Origin: a virus
Reading direction: 5' to 3' (one strand)
IMG/VR virus record: IMGVR_UViG_3300035696_001556
Span: 109,495 to 173,494 of that record
DNA length: 64,000 nucleotides
Position 1 is the stretch's first letter, and each line of letters starts with the position of its first letter. Both the position numbers and the translations under genes were made by a program. Shown one piece after another: positions 20,284 through 31,185 of this stretch. The notes under the pieces are model-generated. The model saw only the letters and a list, made by a program, of their open reading frames with translations, did not search any database and was not told the DNA's origin.

Positions 20284-23200
20284 ATGGCAGATGTGACTTC
20301 AGAATCTCTTGCTCAACAGGAGCTAAACGGTAGAAAGAGGTTTGATACAGGGATAGAGTTTGAAAAAATAATCTCTAACCTATCTCGAACCATCCAGGAT
20401 CGTTTGATTATAAATCTGCCTAGCAACTACCCTCAAGATCGCAATACCAATCTAGCAGAGCTTTACAGAGCCTTTTCCGAGGAGTTTGCCCGTCTACAAT
20501 CTTCTTTGTCCGATGTTAACGCCGATCAATATCACGATACGACAAGATATCAATACCTCTATGAGATCCTAGGGGATACTCTCTTCCTTGATGATAACGC
20601 GATAAATAACAACATTTCGGATGTAGCGTACAGACAGTTCCTGATAACTGTTAGGAATGCATACTATGGCGGAAGCAGAACAGCTAATATCGAAAGTGCT
20701 GTGTCAGATATCTTGGGTGTCCCGGTAGTCCTAAAAGAGCTATATCTGGAAGCGAGAAAAAGTAGCTCTTCGTACACAGTCAAAGATTCTAACAAGATGT
20801 TTTTTGACGTGCTCATGGATTACGTTTCTTCATCATCTTCCATAGGGCAGATCCTGCAAAGTTTAGCTTTTTTCTTAAGTCTTATTAAACCAGGACACAC
20901 GCTCTATGATACTCGCCTAGTATGGAAAGACGCTATATCACATGACAGAGCATGCACTCCTGTTTATACAGCGGGAATGACATCAGGTACGTTTTATGGT
21001 GTAGATAAAATAGGCATGGTGACTTCTGTTATAAGTAGTTTATACTATTTCCCTAGCCCTATCCCCGATGTAAGTCAAAGATGGATAGAGGGTACTGTAG
21101 TCTCTGTAGACTCCAACAAAAGTATAGTCTATGCCCAGGATCTTCAGAGCAATAATTTAATCTTAGTAGTCGTAACAAATTCTCAGTTATATGAGAGAAC
21201 TCAAGACGAAGAAGATGAAATAATAGATACTCCGATTACTATAGATGATCTACCTGTTGGGGGAAGTATAAAATTTTATGCTACTCAAGATAGTCCAACT
21301 AGTTCTGGAGTAATAAAATCAAATTGGCTGTATACGGATGTGATTGTATCAATCGACCCTTCATTAGAGATAATAAATCTTAAATCTGGTGGAATTTTAG
21401 TTTATAACTCTGATGCTTTGATCTATACAAGAGACAGCGAAGGGGAATACAGAATATTAGTTACGGATCTGCTACCTGGATACACAATAGTGTTTAAAGG
21501 TACTCTGTACACTGAATCATTTAATTTTTACAACGTCCCAACAGAAGTCCAAGAAAATATCTACAAACAATATGATCCTGAAATAATAAGAAAGCCTTAT
21601 TTCCAGGATAACGTAAAGAAAGTCCTTGAGACAAGAGACGGTCTACCTATAGGCCCTGCAGTCGTAATGATCGATGGAGTAGCGACATCGGTATATGTAA
21701 ATGGAAAATTTTATGAAAGAGCAAACTCAGTAAATTATCAGAGCACCGAAATCTATAGATACAGTCTCTACATAAACAATGTCTATACCGATCAGTTTTC
21801 TATCCAAGCTCCTAATCCTGAGATAACAATAGATGAAGCAAAAGCTATATTTATTTCGCGTGGGGATACAGGACTAGAGACAAATCCTTATACGATAGAT
21901 GTAAGTACGACTGCTCAATTGCTTGAATCAACTGATAGCCCTACAGTCCAGGCAATAGGAATAGGAGCAACAGGTCAAACCGAGGCTTGTGACAGAAGAG
22001 CCGAATGCCATCTGATCCCTTATTATGAAGATAATAGAAAATATTATGAGTATCCAGACGTTGAGTTGACTTCAGGTTTTATTCATACCCCATACATACC
22101 TCCTATAGGTAGCCCAACAGGACTTAATCTTCCCGCATATTTTAATATATCTCAAGACCCTAACACATACCAGATGCCGCTACTCCCTATTTTGAATAGT
22201 ATAGGTACACCGGCATCTCCTGGTGATTTAACAGTATACGTAAATGGCTTGAAAGTTGTTGATGCTGTAAGTAGCGTTGATCCTTGGACAGGAGGGGTTG
22301 GCCTAAATTTTCTTCCCCCAGCTAACTCACTTATCAGAATCGATTATTATTACTCAGGGAGATACCCCCTTGCGCAATATTATATCGAAAGAATAGGAGA
22401 GGTACAATCGTCGCAACGACTACAATGGCCTTACCCACTAACGGCTACTGGGATGTATGGTGGCGCACAAGATTTTCAGGTAGATCTATATCCTATTTTA
22501 AATCAACAGGGAGAACTTGCCTGCCCTTCAGATATAGAAACCTTTGTAGGGGATCCAGGGGCTACGGGTATCATCGTAAACAACATAGGTGATTATACCC
22601 TTGTTACAAATTCTAGCCTAGCTGGAGTAGCAGGTGGTGATACACTAATAGTGAACTCCCAGGATATCTTTGAGAATACTCTCATTTATTCAATCGTCGG
22701 GATAACAGGTACAAACGATATCATAGTTGATAGGGCGTTCCCGCTAGATATAACTTTAGCCACACCTACTTTTGAAACCATAAGATTCACAGGAGTTACA
22801 GGGGCTGTAGATCAAATAAGACCGCTTTTAGGTCACATCCATACAGCCATTACAGGAGCGGTAGGTTCCTATATCAAGTTTGATTATTATTTCACGAACT
22901 TCAATAGGACATATACAATGGTCCCTGATGTCTGGGGAGCTACTGGCTTTAAAGGATATCCAGGGATTACTGGTTTTTATACGGATCAAGGACATACCCC
23001 TGATACTTTCTACGGAAATTATAGCGGATTTACCCTTGTCCCTGACCAAGGTCTTACTGGATATGTAAATCCAATATTCGAATTCGGGCAGGTAGCCAAA
23101 ACAGGATATCGTTACAGGGCTTTCAATCTTTCCAACAGTTCTGTATTAAATTCTAGAGATACTTTAGTCCTTGATGGATATACTAAAGAAGATGGAAGAG

Positions 23201-24588
23201 CGTCTTGGAAGAATAATCACAATGTCCTGGATCAATATAGCCTTCTGTTTAGCCCGGAATATCTAACTGACACAAGTCAAAGTATAGTTTTGAATGATAA
23301 ATATCTACAAAACAATTTGGATCCTGTTACCAAGCTATACCCCGGTACGCCTCCTTTTGTTCAGACATACAGCGATGATGGGCATTATGTAGATAACAAC
23401 CTTCCGCAGGAACAGAACACATATCAAGAGCCTTCTCAGGCATCGTACGATTTAAACGCAGGATTTACTATAGTAGGAACCGATACTTCTGGTTTAGTAG
23501 ATTATCAACCTGTATGCGAATATGAAAAAAACAGACGGATAAGACTGTACTCTGGATTGAAGATGGTAGAGACAGGTTATACAGGGTTCCAAGGGCCTCT
23601 GACTTCTATTACAGAGGGACAGAGATCGCTACCATTTAGGATGCTTTTTATAGATCAATATTATCCAGATAGAGAACAAAGACTGAATGACTATTTGGAT
23701 TATATAAATAGAGTCCCAGAGGAGTTGAAGAGCGGGGTCCTTAAAACCTTAAAAAATTCAAAGATTGTAAAACGGGTAGAAGGTAATTGGCTGTCTCTTA
23801 GAACAGGCGACATGCTGACTATACAAAATGTTCCGTACAACGGATCAATATTGGATATAGTCTACACTGTTCTGAATGTTATAGACTATGAAACTGTAGA
23901 ACTGACGACAACATTCAAGCAAGTTTCTGGGGAATATAATTATGAATTGACCAGAGATACCGTTTACAATGTGGATGTCTATCTTAATAAAGTAACAAGG
24001 GCGATATCAGTTACCGGTATAAATACATTACAAAGCCTAGGTGCTGTAGGTTTAGTTGGTATCCCAGAATATGGAGAGACAGGTTTATATAGCGAAATGA
24101 CTTTCCCTGATCCTGGTCTTGAGCCCTATCCTAGGAGTCCTGACAATCCCGATATTACTAGTCTACCTACAGGCGATAGAACTATCCTTCTGCATCATGA
24201 GACTGGGTTGGGGCCAACTGATACTAGATACATACCTCTTATCAGTGAGATAATAGGTGGTGAAGGAAGTTCTGTGTTTTATACTGGTATGTATCCAGGA
24301 TACACTGGATCATACACCGGCCCAAGTGGAGCCTTGAACTTAGGGTTGACTGGGCCTACTTGTGATAATGTTCCAACAGTGGTAGAAGGCGATGACAAGT
24401 ATTTCATACCTTCTGGCTATTCAGGGATTTTCTGGGCGTACAGTGAATCTGAATACCGTATTAATTGGAGAAACTGGGACATGGGTTTGATGATAATACA
24501 CAATCCAGGTGGGATAGTGGGTCTAAGTGGATCTGAGGGAATCATAGGAATAACAGGTACAACAGAGTGGGGAATCAAATTAGTCTAA
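20284..24588 (+). CDS. giant baseplate wedge protein (P2 gpI / gp7-like N-terminus)
   Basis: LPSNY..YRQFLITVRNAYYGGS..IESAVSDILG..LIKPGHT matches tail protein I-type N-termini; internal repeat PLLPILNSIG/LYPILNQQG. Confidence 0.6.
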   Translation: MADVTSESLAQQELNGRKRFDTGIEFEKIISNLSRTIQDRLIINLPSNYPQDRNTNLAELYRAFSEEFARLQSSLSDVNADQYHDTTRYQYLYEILGDTLFLDDNAINNNISDVAYRQFLITVRNAYYGGSRTANIESAVSDILGVPVVLKELYLEARKSSSSYTVKDSNKMFFDVLMDYVSSSSSIGQILQSLAFFLSLIKPGHTLYDTRLVWKDAISHDRACTPVYTAGMTSGTFYGVDKIGMVTSVISSLYYFPSPIPDVSQRWIEGTVVSVDSNKSIVYAQDLQSNNLILVVVTNSQLYERTQDEEDEIIDTPITIDDLPVGGSIKFYATQDSPTSSGVIKSNWLYTDVIVSIDPSLEIINLKSGGILVYNSDALIYTRDSEGEYRILVTDLLPGYTIVFKGTLYTESFNFYNVPTEVQENIYKQYDPEIIRKPYFQDNVKKVLETRDGLPIGPAVVMIDGVATSVYVNGKFYERANSVNYQSTEIYRYSLYINNVYTDQFSIQAPNPEITIDEAKAIFISRGDTGLETNPYTIDVSTTAQLLESTDSPTVQAIGIGATGQTEACDRRAECHLIPYYEDNRKYYEYPDVELTSGFIHTPYIPPIGSPTGLNLPAYFNISQDPNTYQMPLLPILNSIGTPASPGDLTVYVNGLKVVDAVSSVDPWTGGVGLNFLPPANSLIRIDYYYSGRYPLAQYYIERIGEVQSSQRLQWPYPLTATGMYGGAQDFQVDLYPILNQQGELACPSDIETFVGDPGATGIIVNNIGDYTLVTNSSLAGVAGGDTLIVNSQDIFENTLIYSIVGITGTNDIIVDRAFPLDITLATPTFETIRFTGVTGAVDQIRPLLGHIHTAITGAVGSYIKFDYYFTNFNRTYTMVPDVWGATGFKGYPGITGFYTDQGHTPDTFYGNYSGFTLVPDQGLTGYVNPIFEFGQVAKTGYRYRAFNLSNSSVLNSRDTLVLDGYTKEDGRASWKNNHNVLDQYSLLFSPEYLTDTSQSIVLNDKYLQNNLDPVTKLYPGTPPFVQTYSDDGHYVDNNLPQEQNTYQEPSQASYDLNAGFTIVGTDTSGLVDYQPVCEYEKNRRIRLYSGLKMVETGYTGFQGPLTSITEGQRSLPFRMLFIDQYYPDREQRLNDYLDYINRVPEELKSGVLKTLKNSKIVKRVEGNWLSLRTGDMLTIQNVPYNGSILDIVYTVLNVIDYETVELTTTFKQVSGEYNYELTRDTVYNVDVYLNKVTRAISVTGINTLQSLGAVGLVGIPEYGETGLYSEMTFPDPGLEPYPRSPDNPDITSLPTGDRTILLHHETGLGPTDTRYIPLISEIIGGEGSSVFYTGMYPGYTGSYTGPSGALNLGLTGPTCDNVPTVVEGDDKYFIPSGYSGIFWAYSESEYRINWRNWDMGLMIIHNPGGIVGLSGSEGIIGITGTTEWGIKLV

Positions 24589-24592
24589 TACT

Positions 24593-24600
24593 CTACTAAT
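24593..24600 (+). promoter_or_regulatory. putative late-promoter variant CTACTAAT
   Basis: One mismatch to CTATTAAT, followed by a T run as at 17080. Confidence 0.4.
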
Positions 24601-24647
24601 TTTTTATCCTATATAGGGCTACTATTTAATAGTTTAAGGAGATTTAT

Positions 24648-25223
24648 ATGTTTAAGGAGTTCTTAGCTAAAGGGTTGCAGCAGCTTCTTTATTTTTTTAC
24701 GGGGATAAGATACCAAGAAGAAGCAAAGAAATTAAAAGGTGAACTGTTTTTGTTTTTGAAAGAGAACGGTAAGATAATAAAAACTATCCACCAATCCAAC
24801 ATCATAGTGAATACCGCCTCTATATTGATAGCTCGTTTGCTTAAGGACAACACCGAACCTGCAGCTGGTATATCATATTTGGCTGTAGGAAGTGGAAATG
24901 ACAACTGGGATCCTTTTGATCCCCCAGCCCCAACTACCTCGCAATGCCTCTTAGAAAATGAATTATTTAGAACTAATATATCTGCTTCTACTTTCGTAGA
25001 CCCACAAACAGCAGAACCTACATCAGTGGCCACAAACATAGTTGACTATGCAACCAGCTTTTCAGAAGCACAAGCTGTAGGTCCGATAATGGAATTGGCT
25101 TTGTTCGGTGGCGAAGCTACTTCCACCATAAATACAGGTACGATGATAAATTGGAGGACATTTCCCGTTATAAACAAGACAAACGCAATGACATTGACGA
25201 TTATTTTCCGTATCACAGCATAA
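24648..25223 (+). CDS. tail-collar / fibre-attachment baseplate protein
   Basis: NIIVN..ISYLAVGSG..LENELFR..IMELALF..FPVINKT..LTIIFRIT is a phage tail-collar-fibre-like pattern. Confidence 0.65.
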   Translation: MFKEFLAKGLQQLLYFFTGIRYQEEAKKLKGELFLFLKENGKIIKTIHQSNIIVNTASILIARLLKDNTEPAAGISYLAVGSGNDNWDPFDPPAPTTSQCLLENELFRTNISASTFVDPQTAEPTSVATNIVDYATSFSEAQAVGPIMELALFGGEATSTINTGTMINWRTFPVINKTNAMTLTIIFRITA

Positions 25224-25235
25224 AGGTTTTCACGG

Positions 25236-26222
25236 ATGAAACAGATCATAAAGAGATGCTCCAATATCGGAGCCGATGTACTAGGCTTTATCAAAGTCGG
25301 CGGAGACTCTTTAGCCATTATTGAAAAGAATAATGAGATTAAGGGAGTACTTAACGGTTGTGAGATCTTCAAGACTAGTAATTTTAGAGATGACATGAAT
25401 AACATAGTCTGTGTATTTGGAGACCTAGCTAAGAATTTGTACAATAAAAATAAGCCAGAGGATTTTACCATCTACAAAGAACATTGGGCTAGCGATAAAC
25501 ATTCAATGGGAGGAGTCCTTGATCTTGTACTTTCCAATTTGAAAAAAGAGGCTAAGGTAACACTAAAAGTAAGAGCAAAAGAATCCTCTATAAACTTCGA
25601 TCCATCTTTAAAATATGGAAGCAAAATAGATCCTAGCATCCTGAACAAGAATGTGAATGTTTTTAGTCTTAAACTAAACAATGCGGGTTTGGTTCTTCAA
25701 AATTTTTTACGGTGTGCTTCGGTATTAACAAGATGTAAATTAGAGAACAAAGACCCTGTCTGGGGAGAGAAAGAGATTTCTAGTTACATAAGTGATATCA
25801 GGGGAAAAATAGCCTCGAACGATTCTGAGATAGGTAAGCTTGATTTTTATAAAGAGATGATTGAAAAAACGGCTAGTAAAATACATTTAAAACTTTCCTC
25901 AGAGCTTTTCAAAAAAAATTCAGAGGAAAGAAAGATCTTAGGTGGCGTGCTGATTCCCGAGTTGATCGACAACTATGAAGGATTTAAAAAGTTAGCTACT
26001 TCTGTTGTTTTTGCTGCGGCTCCTTTAGCGTGCGTGGACGATATGTTCAGAAAATATACAAACTATCCCGCTAGCTGGTTTATATCGGACGATGTTTTGA
26101 TCGGTCTTAATGACGGATATGCTTTTTTGATAAATTTTATGCAGGAACTTCCTAGAATAGAAACAAACGCAATTATACCGTTAGATGTGTACGGTACTCA
26201 AATCCTAAACAAAGGCAGATAA
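25236..26222 (+). CDS. hypothetical protein
   Basis: 328-aa ORF within the operon; charged composition unlike the neighbouring beta-rich proteins. Confidence 0.7.
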   Translation: MKQIIKRCSNIGADVLGFIKVGGDSLAIIEKNNEIKGVLNGCEIFKTSNFRDDMNNIVCVFGDLAKNLYNKNKPEDFTIYKEHWASDKHSMGGVLDLVLSNLKKEAKVTLKVRAKESSINFDPSLKYGSKIDPSILNKNVNVFSLKLNNAGLVLQNFLRCASVLTRCKLENKDPVWGEKEISSYISDIRGKIASNDSEIGKLDFYKEMIEKTASKIHLKLSSELFKKNSEERKILGGVLIPELIDNYEGFKKLATSVVFAAAPLACVDDMFRKYTNYPASWFISDDVLIGLNDGYAFLINFMQELPRIETNAIIPLDVYGTQILNKGR

Positions 26223-26223
26223 A

Positions 26224-29200
26224 ATGTCAGATTATTTTGGACCCGGACAGCCTAGAGTTTTAGACGTCTCCGATAGAAGTCTGGATCAGGTCGTATTCCA
26301 ACAGACACGTCCTCCTCTCACTTCCGAGTGGAATTTAATAAATCAGATAGGTGATTTTAAATCACAGCAAAATATCCAGACGAGTTTGCCTTCTGGATGG
26401 CTTAAAGTAGGGACTGTCCAAGACATAGGTGTTACTGGTATATCTACTTCTGAAGCTTCAGCCCGTAGTGGACAGGTTCTAACATCTCTAACATACGGAT
26501 CAAATAATTTCAAACTTATTTGTAGAGACACAACGAATGTTGCTGTAATAAATGGATGGCCTTTTGTTGTACAAACCAACCTTGGCATTACAGATATTAT
26601 AATGCAGTTGCCCGGTTTTACCAGTTTATACAGATATGATGTCATATTTTTGGAAGTATGGAAAAAACTGGTAAGTTACACGGATCTTTTGTATACTTAT
26701 GGAAATGTTGATGCTGGGGCTTTCCCTGATAATGAGATTCTATGGAGTGCGGTGGGAGCTGAAAGTACTAAGAGAGTTCAATTGCAATATAGGATTAGGA
26801 CATCTCCTAATAGTAATCCAACTGGATGGGTTTGGAACACCTCTTCATATCCAGATGGTTTAGGACAATCTGATGTTTATGCCGTAGGAGGAAATCCAGA
26901 TGGGTCGTATACCAGTTATTCTTTTACGAATGCCGGGGAACAAGACATAGGCCTTTACATAGCTGGAGACGGTAGCTCAACGGCCCAAACAGAACTTAAT
27001 ACCGTAGATGGATATGTTTATGCTATACCTATGTTCATGATATACAGACGGGGTTATACTCCTTTAGTACCGTTTTCATACAACAATATTTTTAGTAGTT
27101 CTATTTTATCTACTTCTGGATCAGGGTCAGATCGTCCAGATGGTAAGTACGCCGATATTGTATACAAAGACGATATAGTGGACTTAAGACATCAAATTGT
27201 TACTTCTGGTAAAGATCTAGAAGGTATCCTTCAGGAGAGCTTCAGAAAGCTAGCAACTAATCAGTTGAGTACTACTTTGGGTCAAGGTTTTACTAACGGA
27301 CATGCAATGACGCCTTGCCCAGGTGGATCAAATTTATTTAAATTAGAACAGATACAGGGGAGCATACACAACATAGGACAAGGTTGTGCGACTGGTGATT
27401 TCAAAAGAAGAGCCTACTGTAATGCCCAGCTTATCTCCGATCATAATGTTTTTGTAGTTCCACCGTTGCCTAATCCTAATGTTCCAACTGAATGGGGCTA
27501 TGGTACCATTCCTGTATCTTCTTTTTTTTCCAGCCCTATAGGAGAGATTATTTCCATAGATGGTGTGTATTTTATAGATGATGGAGTCGGAGACTCAGGA
27601 GCGGCTGTTAATGTTATATACAGCAACCCAACAGAAATAGTTTTACAGCCTGCTAGTATACCTCCAGTAACTAGATCTACTTCCTCTTGTAAATTGTACA
27701 TAGAATTTACTTTTCAATACTATGCACAACCGGCAGGATTTTTTGATGTCCCTAAAAAATTCTATGAGATCAGCAACAATGTTTATCAACCTATTGCCAC
27801 AAGGGATCAAACTATTCCAGTACGTTTTGCTAATGGAGGATCTTTTATAGCAGGATCTACTCAGGATTATGTAAAATATCAAGGTGGCAACTATACTGAA
27901 AACTATGCTTTCGGACACGAATACTATTATTACATTTCCAACTCTGGCTCATCCAATTTTTCCATCACATGTCCGAATGGGATGTATAACAATTATACCA
28001 TTTTGGGAGTTAAAACTGTCCAAACTCAAATAGGTCCAATTGGCAGCGGAGTATATGGAAACCCTGTTGATTTTACAGTAACCAGAACTGTTGTCTCTGG
28101 GACTGTAACCTACGCAATAGGAACAACCGTGATAGCTCCTGCAGACTTTTTGATTACGTTATACACAGGTACTAAGTTTTTTGAGATGTCTAAGCAAGGT
28201 AGAGGTATAATAGATATCTACGAAATGATGCTTATCTCTGCCAGCAGGGACACGAACGGTAACTATAGGCTGGATACTGGGGATCCCAGTAAACCTATAA
28301 TAGCCATAGCCACCTATACGGGCTATAGCCCTCCTTATGTAATAGGTACTGCATATGTATATGACGGAGTAACGGGATCTATGATACCAGTCTTCCTGGC
28401 AGGGGGAGTCTCGCAAATAAATGACTATCTACCTGTTTTAAATAACAGTGAATATCAGGAAGGACTATTACCGACTCGTTTGTGGCTCAGTGCTCCAAAT
28501 ACACTAAATCCCACTATATTAGTCCCAGTTTTGGTGCATAGCTACGTGGCGTCTTCAGAATCAGCTTATAGCTTTTACTATAATTTCAATCCTTATCAAG
28601 GCCTGCTTACGTCCTCAAGTACTGAAAAAGGTAAGATTGAAAAAGAAGGTCCTGCTATAGTGACTTCTGAAGGTTCAGGGATAGTAAATAACTTTACTGT
28701 AAATCCCAGTGCAACTGATAGTGCAGCATCCATTACACAGACACAGAGAACGGTCACACAGTCAGGTAGCAACATGTTATCTTGGACAACATATGTCAAG
28801 CCTGGGGACTATTTCAGTATCTCTTCTCCTTATTATTACAGAATAATAAGTGTAGATTCTGATACACAGCTGACTTTAGCTGAATTATATGTCGAAGTTA
28901 CTGCAGTAGCACAGCAGTATTCTATTGTGAGATTAGACATTCCTAATAGCAACGTCTCCAATACTATGGATATAATGCCTTCGTCAGATGCTACGGATTA
29001 TAATGGGTTGGGCTCTGAATTTTCTATAGCTTCTGGTGGGGTATTAGGAACTTTAATAGAAATAAAAGAAAAAGTAGCGTTACAAGATCCTTTAGATACC
29101 ATAGTAAACGATTTTCAATTAGGATTGAATCTGCCACCAGTTAACAGAGGAAGAGTTTACTTCCGTTTAACAGATGGAGAAAATGATTTCATTAAACTGG

Positions 29201-29463
29201 GAGTTTTAACTCCTTACATCAAATACGGCAACATAACTTGGAGCACTGCGCAAGGGTACAAAAAAGTATATCAGGCATACCTGTATAATCAAGCGTACTA
29301 TGATGGGATCAATTATCGTGATCTGACTGGTAGAGCTTATTTGCTTGTCGTATCAAGCGAGACTAATCAAGGACAACAAGAAATACTGTTAAATGGATTT
29401 TCAAAACAGGATGCTGTTGACATATTTGAATTAGTTGGAAGACCTATCATAAAAACAATTTAA
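26224..29463 (+). CDS. large baseplate/tail protein, paralog of 8224..12615
   Basis: Shared blocks VVFQQTRPPLTSEWN, PSGWL, INGWP, LEVW, ESTKRVQLQY, YAIPMF, RPDG..DDIVDLR. Confidence 0.7.
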   Translation: MSDYFGPGQPRVLDVSDRSLDQVVFQQTRPPLTSEWNLINQIGDFKSQQNIQTSLPSGWLKVGTVQDIGVTGISTSEASARSGQVLTSLTYGSNNFKLICRDTTNVAVINGWPFVVQTNLGITDIIMQLPGFTSLYRYDVIFLEVWKKLVSYTDLLYTYGNVDAGAFPDNEILWSAVGAESTKRVQLQYRIRTSPNSNPTGWVWNTSSYPDGLGQSDVYAVGGNPDGSYTSYSFTNAGEQDIGLYIAGDGSSTAQTELNTVDGYVYAIPMFMIYRRGYTPLVPFSYNNIFSSSILSTSGSGSDRPDGKYADIVYKDDIVDLRHQIVTSGKDLEGILQESFRKLATNQLSTTLGQGFTNGHAMTPCPGGSNLFKLEQIQGSIHNIGQGCATGDFKRRAYCNAQLISDHNVFVVPPLPNPNVPTEWGYGTIPVSSFFSSPIGEIISIDGVYFIDDGVGDSGAAVNVIYSNPTEIVLQPASIPPVTRSTSSCKLYIEFTFQYYAQPAGFFDVPKKFYEISNNVYQPIATRDQTIPVRFANGGSFIAGSTQDYVKYQGGNYTENYAFGHEYYYYISNSGSSNFSITCPNGMYNNYTILGVKTVQTQIGPIGSGVYGNPVDFTVTRTVVSGTVTYAIGTTVIAPADFLITLYTGTKFFEMSKQGRGIIDIYEMMLISASRDTNGNYRLDTGDPSKPIIAIATYTGYSPPYVIGTAYVYDGVTGSMIPVFLAGGVSQINDYLPVLNNSEYQEGLLPTRLWLSAPNTLNPTILVPVLVHSYVASSESAYSFYYNFNPYQGLLTSSSTEKGKIEKEGPAIVTSEGSGIVNNFTVNPSATDSAASITQTQRTVTQSGSNMLSWTTYVKPGDYFSISSPYYYRIISVDSDTQLTLAELYVEVTAVAQQYSIVRLDIPNSNVSNTMDIMPSSDATDYNGLGSEFSIASGGVLGTLIEIKEKVALQDPLDTIVNDFQLGLNLPPVNRGRVYFRLTDGENDFIKLGVLTPYIKYGNITWSTAQGYKKVYQAYLYNQAYYDGINYRDLTGRAYLLVVSSETNQGQQEILLNGFSKQDAVDIFELVGRPIIKTI

Positions 29464-29487
29464 GTGCAACTTTAGAAGGGCACTACT

Positions 29488-29805
29488 ATGAGTGGAGAAA
29501 TTTTAAAAACGGCAATCGATTTGGCTGGAGAACCAAAGAAAAACGGAAATGGCTATGGAAATGGGAACGGAAAAAGATGGCAGTTAATCAGAGATGTCCT
29601 TCTTAGTGGAACGTTTTTGTTCTGTATAGGGATATTGTGGCAGACTTCAGCTTTCGTCACTAAAGTAGATGATTTTATGGCTCTGCAGAAAGATGAATGG
29701 ATTAAGATGGATGTAAGGGTAAAAGTTGCAGAAAATGACCTACAAGTTCTGAAAGAATGGAAGGTGGCTCGTACTCAGCAGCCTTTCAGCGATAAAAAGG
29801 AATAA
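29488..29805 (+). CDS. small single-pass membrane protein with coiled coil (holin-like candidate)
   Basis: One hydrophobic segment VLLSGTFLFCIGILWQTSAFV; located at the end of the structural block. Confidence 0.5.
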   Translation: MSGEILKTAIDLAGEPKKNGNGYGNGNGKRWQLIRDVLLSGTFLFCIGILWQTSAFVTKVDDFMALQKDEWIKMDVRVKVAENDLQVLKEWKVARTQQPFSDKKE

Positions 29806-29807
29806 TA

Positions 29808-31100
29808 ATGTCTATTTCTAAGAGATCTGTGACTAATGTTTTAAGGAAGGTGTATGCTATTGATCCTTTAGGTAAACAGGACATGCCCAAGGAGCAAACA
29901 CCTGTGAAAACAGAAGTTCCTCCTCAAGCGCCAGAAACTCTACAGATAATGAATCGTATTTTCTTTTATGATGCCGATCCAAATAAGAAGATTTCTTTTT
30001 CCAATCTCAATGACATCTTGACTGGGACGGACGATAATGATAAACAGGAGCTTTTAAATAATCTTAAAGGTGGAAATACTGCAGATTTTCATGCGGACTA
30101 TTTCAAATGGAGAGCACTATTCGTTAAGGCTGTGTCCCAAAAGGATCAAACAAAAGTGGTCGTTTATAGATTCGATCTGAATCCATGGGGAACCAAAGCT
30201 TCGGGTGGAGACATGATTAAAACCAATGTGGCAGGTTTTAATCCACCATCTCCAGACGATGTAGCGAAGGATACTAACTATAAACTTTTTGCCACCATCA
30301 ATGAAATCCCTGACATGGTAAGTCTGAGCCAGGGTCCTGAGGCTATTTACAGTACGGATAGGGTTTCAGATCAGTTTTCAACCAGACTACTTAGTGCCAG
30401 AGCTGAAACTACAGTCGCAAAGAAAATGAATTATGATAATTTCAAGACAAATATATTCGCGTATTTTCGCATTTGGGTACCGATCAATGTTAACGAGCTA
30501 AGAAACGTCGATGGATCAAAACCAACCACGGATCAACTACCACTGGGGCTTCAAAGAAGCTCACCGGGACACTATAAAGGTGGTGGAGATTTCTTTAAGA
30601 AATTTGTGACAGCTGGTAAATATAATGTTGGAGAAAAGATGGAGGCACCTGTGACTAGCCCAGTAGAACAGCAACCTGAAAAAATTCAAGAAAAAGCTCC
30701 CGAGTTCACACCAGTGACCAAAGAGGCTAATCTTGTTGAGATAAAAGAAGACAAAGGCAGAGGCGTAATGCACTATACCGGAAGCTACGACATCATGCAG
30801 AAGCTTGTTGAAGCGCAACATAAAAAAATGAAAATAAGGAAAGAAGCATTGGCACAAGCGGGACAGGGAGGAACAGTTTTTCGTCCTCCAAAAGTTAATA
30901 CACCGGTACCTATAGGCAATGTTCAAGAAACAAAAAAGGTAGTGGTGCCGTTGTTAAATGCCTCTAAAAAATTAGAGACACTTATGAAAGGTCTACCTGG
31001 ATCTGGAGTTCAACAAACATCTCAAGCAGTTACGGTAGGTACTGGAATGGGGGTACAGAGCTCAGTAAAAAGCGTTCTAAAAAAATATTTTGGTTCCTAA
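29808..31100 (+). CDS. hypothetical protein
   Basis: 430-aa ORF; similar motifs at both termini (SVTNVLRKVY / SVKSVLKKYF). Confidence 0.7.
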   Translation: MSISKRSVTNVLRKVYAIDPLGKQDMPKEQTPVKTEVPPQAPETLQIMNRIFFYDADPNKKISFSNLNDILTGTDDNDKQELLNNLKGGNTADFHADYFKWRALFVKAVSQKDQTKVVVYRFDLNPWGTKASGGDMIKTNVAGFNPPSPDDVAKDTNYKLFATINEIPDMVSLSQGPEAIYSTDRVSDQFSTRLLSARAETTVAKKMNYDNFKTNIFAYFRIWVPINVNELRNVDGSKPTTDQLPLGLQRSSPGHYKGGGDFFKKFVTAGKYNVGEKMEAPVTSPVEQQPEKIQEKAPEFTPVTKEANLVEIKEDKGRGVMHYTGSYDIMQKLVEAQHKKMKIRKEALAQAGQGGTVFRPPKVNTPVPIGNVQETKKVVVPLLNASKKLETLMKGLPGSGVQQTSQAVTVGTGMGVQSSVKSVLKKYFGS

Positions 31101-31185
31101 AAGCCCACTTTAATTTCTAGTGCCTGCGTTAGTATATTATATATAATAGGTACATCATATTTACTTTTTTAAAAGATAAGATTTC

